Part shown: piece by piece, positions 6,131 through 12,659 of the stretch
Position numbering within the stretch: the first letter of the stretch is position 1
How the letters are laid out: each line of letters starts with the position of its first letter
From: Fibrobacteria bacterium
GTDB lineage: Bacteria; Fibrobacterota; Fibrobacteria; UBA11236
Length of the DNA stretch: 12,659 nt
NCBI GenBank assembly: GCA_050486505.1
Contig: JBJHDK010000027.1
Location: forward strand, 17,719 to 30,377
Direction of reading: 5' to 3'
Notes under the pieces: generated by a model
Seen by the model: only the letters and a program-made list of their open reading frames with translations
Database searches by the model: none
Told to the model about the DNA's origin: nothing
Translations under genes and position numbers: made by a program

Positions 6131-8350
6131 ATGCCCGCGACCCCAACCATCGGCCCGAACGGCCCGGCAAGCATTCCGGAGCCACCCCGATCCGCCGATG
6201 TCGGCGAAGGAACCCCCACGCTGACCATCCTGCCTTGCCGCACGGGAAATCCGGGCGCAGAGGTTTTCGACACGGGGGTTCGCTTCGCAGTGTATTCGAA
6301 GCATGCACGCAGTGTGCATGTGGCGCTGTATCCTCCCGGGGCCTCCGAACCCGCCGCTGTGCTCGCCCTCCCTTCGTGTCACGGCCACGTGTTCCAGGGA
6401 TTCGTCCCCGGCATCGGGCCGGGATGGGAATACGGGTATTACGCGGAAGGTCCGTTCGACCCGAGGCACGGGCATCGCTTCAACCCGCGCAAGTTCCTGA
6501 TCGACCCGTATGCACGCGCCCTGCGCGGCGCCTTCCGCAACGAAGAGGGAGTTTTGTGCGGCCATGTCTCCGGAGCCGGACAGGATGCCGACCTCATGCG
6601 GGATCACCGGCCCAGCGCGCAATTCATGCCACGCGGACTCGTCGTGCGCGGGGACGACTTCGACTGGCAGGGCGTCGAGGCTCCCGTGGTCGCGCGCGAA
6701 GATCTGGTGATCTACGAGGTTCACGTCAAGGGGATGACCGCGGACCCTTCGTCGGGCGCGCGCTCCCCGGGAACCTTCCTCGGGTTGGTCGAGAAAATCC
6801 CGCACCTGAAGTCTCTCGGCGTGAATGCGGTGGAGCTGCTTCCGGTGCACGCGAAATACTCGGAAGACATGTTGCTCGAGAAGGGTCTCTCCAACTATTG
6901 GGGATACAACACCGCATCGTTCTTCGCGCTGGAACCCTCGTACGGGAGCGGCGGCTCACCCGGCTGTGAACTCAACGAGTTCAAGGAAATGGTGCGGGAG
7001 CTGCACCGCGCCGGAATCCTCGTGATCCTGGACGTGGTTTACAACCACACGGCCGAAGGGAACGAACTCGGGCCGACGCTGTCTCTGCGCGGGCTCGACA
7101 ACCGATCCTACTACTCCCTGACCGGACCCGACGACGCTCCGCGTCGTCATTACCGCAATCACACGGGTTGCGGCAACACCCTGGACATCACCAGCCGGCC
7201 CGCGCTGCGATTGGTGATGGACTCCCTTCGCTATTTCGCGCAGGAACTGCGCGTCGACGGCTTCCGCTTCGACCTGGCCACGGTGCACGGCCGGCGCGGC
7301 GACGCGGGCTTCGATCCCGCCGCGCCTTTTTTCACCGCCGTCGCGCAGGATCCCGTGTTGCAGAATGCCCTGCTGATCGCGGAACCGTGGGACACCGGAA
7401 CCTACGCGCTGGGACGCTTCCCCGAAGGGTGGATGGAGTGGAACGACGATTTCCGCGATACCGTCAGGCGATGGGTGCGCGGCGAACAGGGATTGGCGGG
7501 CGCCCTGCTCGACAAGCTGGAAGGTTCGCCCGAGATGTACGAAAGCGCGCTGCGCGAACCCTGGACCAGCGTCAATTTCGTGACGGCGCACGACGGTTAC
7601 GCGCTGCGCGATCTTGTCAGCTACGACCGCAAGCACAATCTCGCGAACGGCGAGGAAAACCGGGACGGCAGCCACGCGAACCACAGCTGGAACTGCGGCC
7701 ACGAAGGCCCTTCCGAGGACCCCGGCGTGGAGGCGATCCGTGCGCGGCAAATCCGGAATTTCATCCTCCTGCTCACGCTGGCGCGCGGCACGCCCATGTT
7801 CCTTGGGGGAGACGAGTTGTTGCGAACCCAGGGCGGCAACAACAATGCCTATTGTCAGGACGGCCCGGTTTCGTGGTTGCAATGGGATGAGGCAAACGCG
7901 GGCTTTCTGCGATTCGTAGAAGAAGCCTTCGCCTGGAGGCGCATCATCGCCCCGGCCAACACATGGGGGCTCGCTTCTTCGCGCGCCTGGGGGCGCACCT
8001 GGCAGGGGTTCTCTCCCACGGGAAAGCCCTGGCGAGGCGACCTCGCGCCCGAGTCGCGGCAGGTCGCCTTCCTCCTGCACGCCCGGCCCGTCATCGGCGC
8101 ATGGCAGGAACATCCGGACCCTTCCACCGGGGCGCTGCACTACCTCCTTCTGAATCCTGGCCACCAGGAAGAAATTTTCCAGTTGCCGGTGCTGCCTCCG
8201 CCCTGGGAGTGGAGGCGCGTGGCGGACACCGCCCTTCCTTCCCCCAGGGATATCACGGTAGCCGGCCATGCGACCCCATTGCCCGATGCATCGCGCTGTC
8301 ACCTCGAGTCCCGTTCCAGCGTGCTTCTCCGGGCGGAGCAGAGAAAATGA
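6131..8350 (+). CDS. glgX: Glycogen debranching enzyme / isoamylase (GH13 with CBM48)
   Basis: Motifs FLIDPYAR, IYEVHVKGMT, NYWGYNT, ILDVVYNHTAEG, VDGFRFDLA (nucleophile), LIAEPWD (acid/base), SVNFVTAHDG, GTPMFLGGDE, GGNNNAYCQD. The ATG at 6131 is preferred; the ORF is open from 6053. Confidence 0.93.
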   Translation: MPATPTIGPNGPASIPEPPRSADVGEGTPTLTILPCRTGNPGAEVFDTGVRFAVYSKHARSVHVALYPPGASEPAAVLALPSCHGHVFQGFVPGIGPGWEYGYYAEGPFDPRHGHRFNPRKFLIDPYARALRGAFRNEEGVLCGHVSGAGQDADLMRDHRPSAQFMPRGLVVRGDDFDWQGVEAPVVAREDLVIYEVHVKGMTADPSSGARSPGTFLGLVEKIPHLKSLGVNAVELLPVHAKYSEDMLLEKGLSNYWGYNTASFFALEPSYGSGGSPGCELNEFKEMVRELHRAGILVILDVVYNHTAEGNELGPTLSLRGLDNRSYYSLTGPDDAPRRHYRNHTGCGNTLDITSRPALRLVMDSLRYFAQELRVDGFRFDLATVHGRRGDAGFDPAAPFFTAVAQDPVLQNALLIAEPWDTGTYALGRFPEGWMEWNDDFRDTVRRWVRGEQGLAGALLDKLEGSPEMYESALREPWTSVNFVTAHDGYALRDLVSYDRKHNLANGEENRDGSHANHSWNCGHEGPSEDPGVEAIRARQIRNFILLLTLARGTPMFLGGDELLRTQGGNNNAYCQDGPVSWLQWDEANAGFLRFVEEAFAWRRIIAPANTWGLASSRAWGRTWQGFSPTGKPWRGDLAPESRQVAFLLHARPVIGAWQEHPDPSTGALHYLLLNPGHQEEIFQLPVLPPPWEWRRVADTALPSPRDITVAGHATPLPDASRCHLESRSSVLLRAEQRK

Positions 8351-8489
8351 CCAGGGCAGCCCGCCCGCCCAAAAGCATCGTGCGGCTTTTACCTTTCTCG
8401 GCGGTTCCCATGGTTTGCCACCGTCACCATAAGCCGCATGCGTGCACCGAGCCCCCTTCATGGCGGGGGTCGGCAGGGGATCCCCCCCA

Positions 8490-9830
8490 ATGAAAATCCT
8501 CATCGTCGGAGCAGGCGAAATCGGAACCTACCTCGCCCGGATCCTCGCCCAGGAAAACCACGACATCGTGGTCATCGACCAATACCCCGAGAGCCTGCGA
8601 AGGGTGAGCGAAACCCTGGATGTACTGACCTTGGAGGGCAGCGGAACCCGCATCAACCTGCTCGAGAAGGCCGGCGCCAAGGACGCGGACATGATCATCG
8701 CCGTCACATCCTCGGAAGAAGTGAACTTCGTCGCGTGCATGCTGGCATCGAAGCTTGGGACAAAGAAGAAGATCATGAGGGTGCGCGACCCGGAGTTTCT
8801 CTTCGCCAAGGGGCCGGCGGGCGCGGCCGACTTCGGCATCGACCTGGTCATTTATCCCGAAGGCATCGCCGCGCAGGAAATCGTCAGGCTCGTGCGGCGC
8901 TCGGCCGCCACCGAGGTGCTCGACCTCGCCGACGGGCGCATGCAGCTGCTGGGCCTCAAGGTCGACCCCGACAGCCCCCTGATCGGAAAAAAACTCGAGG
9001 AGATTCCCCAGCCCCAGGAGGGGCTCTCGTACCGGGTCGTCTGCATTCTGCGGGGCGTGCAGACCATCATCCCGAAACACGACAGCATGGTGCGCCGCGG
9101 CGACCAGCTCTTCGTGATCTCGAAAACCAAGGCCGTGCCCGACATGCTCCACGTGTCCGGCAAGAGCGCCGCCCAGCTCAAGAAGATGATGATTCTGGGC
9201 GGCGGCGAGATCGGCCAATGGGTCGCCCGCGAACTCGAGAACGAGCTTGAAATCAAGTTGCTCGAGTCGAGCCTCGAGCGTTCGCAAAAGCTGGCGACCA
9301 CCCTGCGCAAAACGCTGGTGCTGCACGACGAGGGCAAGGACATGGACCTGCTCGCCAGCGAGGGCATCATGCGCATGGACGCGTACGTGGCCGTTTCGCC
9401 GGACGAGGAAGGCAACATCATCTCGTGCCTGATGGCCAAGCACCTTGGCGTCAAGAAGACCGTCTCCCTGGTCGAGAAGGTCGACTACATCCCTTTCTCC
9501 AACGCCATCGGCGTGGACGCCCTGGTCAACAAGAAACTCTCCGCCGCCAACGCCATTCTCAAGTTCATCCGCAGGGGCGAGGTGGTCACGGCCGCGACGC
9601 TGCATGGTGTCGGCGCCGAAGTCATCGAGCTCGTCGCCCTGCCCGAGTCGCGCATCACGAAGAAGCCCATCGGCGAACTCGGTTTCCCGGAAGGAGCCAT
9701 CATCGGCTGCGTTGTGCACGACAACGCCGTCTCCATCCCCGTCCGCACCACCCAGATCATGCCGCAAGACCGCGTGGTGGTGTTCACCTTGCCCAAGGCC
9801 ATCCACGACGTGGAAAGGCTCTTCCGGTAA
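8490..9830 (+). CDS. trkA: Trk system potassium uptake protein TrkA (tandem RCK domains)
   Basis: MKILIVGAGEIG and a second Rossmann motif MMILGGGEIG; DADMIIAVTSSEEVN, NIISCLMAKHLG; 446 aa; followed by trkH. Confidence 0.96.
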   Translation: MKILIVGAGEIGTYLARILAQENHDIVVIDQYPESLRRVSETLDVLTLEGSGTRINLLEKAGAKDADMIIAVTSSEEVNFVACMLASKLGTKKKIMRVRDPEFLFAKGPAGAADFGIDLVIYPEGIAAQEIVRLVRRSAATEVLDLADGRMQLLGLKVDPDSPLIGKKLEEIPQPQEGLSYRVVCILRGVQTIIPKHDSMVRRGDQLFVISKTKAVPDMLHVSGKSAAQLKKMMILGGGEIGQWVARELENELEIKLLESSLERSQKLATTLRKTLVLHDEGKDMDLLASEGIMRMDAYVAVSPDEEGNIISCLMAKHLGVKKTVSLVEKVDYIPFSNAIGVDALVNKKLSAANAILKFIRRGEVVTAATLHGVGAEVIELVALPESRITKKPIGELGFPEGAIIGCVVHDNAVSIPVRTTQIMPQDRVVVFTLPKAIHDVERLFR

Positions 9831-9836
9831 ACAACG

Positions 9837-11285
9837 GTGAATTTCCGGGCCGTTCTCGGAATCCTCGGCTTCCTGCTCCTGATCATCGGCGGCATGATGC
9901 TGCTGTCGCTTCCCTTTGCCCTCCACTTCGAGGAGGGCGGCGCGAGGCCGATCCTGGCGTCCGCCTTCATCACCATCGCGGCAGGCAGCGCGCTATGGTT
10001 CGGTTTCAAGGATCACCGACACCTCATGGGAAAAAGGGAGGGGTTCCTCATCGCCGCCAGCGGCTGGGCAGTCGCATCCCTCTTCGGCTGTCTCCCCTAT
10101 CTGCTCTCGGGAGTCATCCCCTCCTTTACCGATGCCTACTTCGAAACCATGTCGGGGTTCACCACGACCGGCGCCACCGTTCTCATCGACATCGAGGCTG
10201 CCCCCCACGGCATTCTCTTCTGGCGGGCCACCACGCAGTGGATCGGGGGCATGGGGATTCTTCTGCTCTCGATCGCCATCCTTCCCATGCTCGGCGTGGG
10301 CGGCATGCAGCTTTTCTCCGCGGAAGTCACCCACGTCACGGTCGAGAAGCTGACGCCGCGCATCAGCCAGACCGCGCGCATTCTCTGGACGGTGTACCTC
10401 GTGCTCACCGTCATGGTGACCGCCCTGCTCATGGTCGGGGGGCTCGGGTTCTTCGACGCCATCGCCCACGCCTTCACCACCATCGCCACGGGCGGTTTCT
10501 CCACCAAGAACGCCAGCATCGCCCACTTCCAGTCGCCTTTCGTCCACTACGTCATCATCGTGTTCATGTTCCTTTCGGGCGCGAGCTACATGCTGCACTT
10601 CCGCGCGCTCAGCGGGCGCAGCCTCAAGGCCTACGCGCGCGACAACGAGTTCACCTTCTATGCCCTCACGGCGGTGATCGCGACCCTTGTCGTTTTCGTG
10701 GGTGTCGGTTCAGGATTGCACTCCGGCTGGGAGGAACGTTTCCGCGGCGCCCTGTTTCAGGTCGTCTCCCTGGTCTCCAGTACCGGCTTCGTCAGCAACA
10801 ATTTCGACTTGTGGCCTTACGCTCTCCAACTGCTGCTGCTCTATCTGATGGTTCATGCCGGATGCGTCGGCTCCACGTCCGGGGGCATGAAGGTCGCTCG
10901 AGTCGTCCTTCTCTTGAAAAGCTGGAAGGTCGAACTGCGCAAGCTCGTGCATCCCAAAGGCATCTTCGTGATCCGCTTCAATGACCGCGCGGTGAGCCCC
11001 GACATCATCACGGCCGTTTACGGCTTCCTGGTTGCCTACATCGCGCTTTTCGGAACAGCAACCCTGCTGATGGTATCCCTCGGCATGGATCCCGTCAGCG
11101 GCGCAAGCGCCGTGATTTCCGCCCTCAGCAACATCGGCCCCGGGCTCGGCACCGTCGGAGCCGTCGAGAACTTCGCACACATCGCCTCCGCCGGCAAATG
11201 GATCCTCTCGCTTTGCATGATGATGGGGCGCCTCGAACTCTTCACCGTGCTCGTGCTCTTCGCGCCGTCCCTCTGGAGGCGCTAA
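9837..11285 (+). CDS. trkH: Trk system potassium uptake membrane protein TrkH
   Basis: GTG start, polytopic, 482 aa. Four pore loops: SGFTTTGAT, TIATGGFS, VSSTGF, SNIGPGLG. Also QWIGGMGI, GSTSGGMK and MMMGRLE. Confidence 0.96.
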   Translation: MNFRAVLGILGFLLLIIGGMMLLSLPFALHFEEGGARPILASAFITIAAGSALWFGFKDHRHLMGKREGFLIAASGWAVASLFGCLPYLLSGVIPSFTDAYFETMSGFTTTGATVLIDIEAAPHGILFWRATTQWIGGMGILLLSIAILPMLGVGGMQLFSAEVTHVTVEKLTPRISQTARILWTVYLVLTVMVTALLMVGGLGFFDAIAHAFTTIATGGFSTKNASIAHFQSPFVHYVIIVFMFLSGASYMLHFRALSGRSLKAYARDNEFTFYALTAVIATLVVFVGVGSGLHSGWEERFRGALFQVVSLVSSTGFVSNNFDLWPYALQLLLLYLMVHAGCVGSTSGGMKVARVVLLLKSWKVELRKLVHPKGIFVIRFNDRAVSPDIITAVYGFLVAYIALFGTATLLMVSLGMDPVSGASAVISALSNIGPGLGTVGAVENFAHIASAGKWILSLCMMMGRLELFTVLVLFAPSLWRR

Positions 11286-11593
11286 TCGACGCGCGCATCA
11301 GGACCCGACGATGAGGGGCCACCGGAGCGTCCCCGACCGAAGGGCGTGAAAATCGCGGCGGTGACCGCAAAGAGCGCCACGAGTCCCCCCAATTCCACGA
11401 GCAAGCTGCCCCACCCCCCGAATGGCAGGCGACCGAAAAGCCACTTCCCGGCGATCAGGCCCGCCGCCAACAGGACAAAGCTGCCGTACAGTGCGCGCGG
11501 GCGTCGTTCATCGTTCAGGGAACGGATCCGCCCCCGCAGCCAGATGAAGCCCGCGACGAGCAGCAGGGCGATCAAAATGCGTTCCACTTCCAT
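11282..11593 (-). CDS. Small hypothetical membrane protein (103 aa, about 3 TM helices)
   Basis: Three hydrophobic segments. It fills the gap between trkH and the next gene, its stop overlaps the trkH stop by 4 bp, and TGgTAACTT lies just upstream of the ATG. Confidence 0.75.
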   Translation of the reverse strand: MEVERILIALLLVAGFIWLRGRIRSLNDERRPRALYGSFVLLAAGLIAGKWLFGRLPFGGWGSLLVELGGLVALFAVTAAIFTPFGRGRSGGPSSSGPDARVD

Positions 11594-11654
11594 GGCGCAA
11601 AGTTACCAACCCCGAAACTCGCCTTCGACACCGCATCCGGATATCTTGTTCGCC

Positions 11655-12155
11655 ATGCTCACGAAACTTCACCCCCGCAATCAACTCCGGATCAGGAAAC
11701 AGTTGACCTTGGCATCCCTCGCCTTTTTTTTGGGGATGGGGGGCCCGCACGCGGCCTTTTCCCCTGACAAGGGGTTCGGGATCGGATTCATCCTCGGTGC
11801 GCCCACCGGCATCTCGGCATCACTCCCCGTGGGTGAAGCGAACGCGTTCAACATGCTGCTGGGTTACGACATCACCCAAAATGCGAACCTCTATTTGCAC
11901 GGGGATTACGTCTGGCATCGCCACGATGTCTTCCCCCCGGTCGAAAAAGGCGCGTTCTCGCTGTACTACGGCCCGGGCGTCTCCGCGACCATTTCCGGGG
12001 ATCCCGTGCTGGGCGCGCGCGCCGTGGTCGGCGTCGATTACCGCCTCCCGGACGCACCTGTGCGGGTTCTTTTCGAAATTGCCCCGGGAATCAGCGTTCT
12101 GCCTCGCACCGAGATGAGCGGTGCCGGAGGTCTGGGCCTGCGCTATTATTTCTAG
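11655..12155 (+). CDS. Small outer-membrane beta-barrel protein, DUF3996/BAPKO_0422-like (166 aa)
   Basis: Signal peptide followed by FGIGFILGAPTGISA, LHGDY, LYYGPG, GARAVVGVDY, VLFEIAPG and the C-terminal beta-signal GGLGLRYYF. Confidence 0.82.
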   Translation: MLTKLHPRNQLRIRKQLTLASLAFFLGMGGPHAAFSPDKGFGIGFILGAPTGISASLPVGEANAFNMLLGYDITQNANLYLHGDYVWHRHDVFPPVEKGAFSLYYGPGVSATISGDPVLGARAVVGVDYRLPDAPVRVLFEIAPGISVLPRTEMSGAGGLGLRYYF

Positions 12156-12239
12156 ACCCTGTGGACAGAGTGTGACTTGCGATGTGCAGGTTCGCAATTC
12201 CCCCGAAAAACCGCTGATTTCAGGAGATACCCGCTCAAG

Positions 12240-12261
12240 TTTTCAACATCCCTGTTGATAA
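12240..12261. promoter_or_regulatory. Inverted pair of DnaA-box-like 9-mers
   Basis: TTTTCAACA (12240-12248), spacer TCCC, then TGTTGATAA (12253-12261; reverse complement TTATCAACA). Each has one mismatch to TTWTNCACA. Confidence 0.5.
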
Positions 12262-12283
12262 ATCATGAGTGTTCGGGTACATT
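12255..12283 (+). promoter_or_regulatory. Sigma70-type promoter of nrdR
   Basis: TTGATA (12255-12260), 17-bp spacer, TACATT (12278-12283), ending 25 nt before the ATG. Confidence 0.6.
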
Positions 12284-12308
12284 TGGTCAAGAATTTCACG
12301 GTTCCACA

Positions 12309-12659
12309 ATGAAATGCCCCTACTGCCAATGCGACGAGGACAAGGTCGTCGACTCCCGCGCCAGCCGCAACGGCAAGGCGATTCGTCGCCGTCGTGAGTG
12401 CCTGGGCTGCTCACAACGGTACACGACCTACGAATACGTCGAGACCACTCCGTTCACCGTTGTGAAACATGACGGTCGACGCGAGCCTTACGACCGGCAA
12501 AAGGTGCTCGCCGGCCTCAAGATGGCCTGCATCAAGCGTCCGGTCTCGACCGAGGTGATCGAACAGATGACCGATGCCATCGAGAACCAGCTCCAGCCGA
12601 ATGCCGACGGCGAGATCGACTCGAAGTCGATCGGCGAGCTGGCCATGAAACACCTGCAC
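12309..12659 (+). CDS. nrdR: Transcriptional repressor NrdR (3' end outside window)
   Basis: MKCPYC..DKVVDSR..AIRRRRECLGCSQRYTTYE zinc ribbon, followed by the ATP-cone VVKHDGRREPYDRQK..ACIKRPVS. It runs off the window end, so the ORF track does not show it. Confidence 0.97.
   Translation, partial: MKCPYCQCDEDKVVDSRASRNGKAIRRRRECLGCSQRYTTYEYVETTPFTVVKHDGRREPYDRQKVLAGLKMACIKRPVSTEVIEQMTDAIENQLQPNADGEIDSKSIGELAMKHLH

Noticed and set aside
6956..8503. 515-aa antisense ORF
   Set aside because: It is a shadow of glgX caused by GC-rich codon bias and has no recognisable motifs.
10761..10795. TrkH third pore loop SSTGF instead of the common TTTGF
   Set aside because: The filter glycine is conserved in all four loops, and Ser/Thr exchange is conservative.
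8424..10984. 500-aa antisense ORF (8424-9926) and 519-aa alternative-frame ORF (9425-10984)
   Set aside because: Both are shadows of trkA/trkH with composition typical of non-coding frames in high-GC genes.
11346..11654. Upstream extension of the DUF3996-like ORF
   Set aside because: It is antisense to the 103-aa membrane gene. The ATG at 11655 has a -10 element and a signal peptide.
12156..12308. NrdR box (autoregulation) or oriC in the nrdR upstream region
   Set aside because: The palindrome at 12243-12258 matches the NrdR consensus (acaCwAtATaTwGtgt) poorly. The spacer is short, has no perfect DnaA box or clear unwinding element, and has no dnaA/dnaN context.
12411..12659. 82-aa minus-strand ORF at the window end
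   Set aside because: It is an antisense shadow of nrdR.

Overview
GC-rich bacterial core-chromosome segment. The gene set and sequence signals suggest the FCB group, possibly Fibrobacterota (inference only). In order: 3' end of rpmA (L27); a ~878-aa surface lipoprotein (three FN3-like domains plus a non-catalytic FGE/SUMF1 CLec domain with a ~160-aa insertion); mutY (-); a predicted outer-membrane beta-barrel; a LolA-like lipoprotein-sorting protein (-); tRNA-Ser(CGA) (-); glgX; trkA-trkH; a small membrane protein (-); a small DUF3996-like beta-barrel; and the 5' part of nrdR, which the ORF track missed. I saw no mobile element, CRISPR array or reverse transcriptase. The most notable signals are: (1) strong enrichment of Bacteroidota-type O-glycosylation sequons D-(S/T)-x in the lipoprotein; (2) an extra domain inserted in the CLec ligand-binding segment; (3) an inverted pair of DnaA-box-like 9-mers overlapping the predicted nrdR -35 element; (4) a terminator-like hairpin 12 nt before the lipoprotein ATG; (5) a structured trkA leader; (6) several probably leaderless genes.
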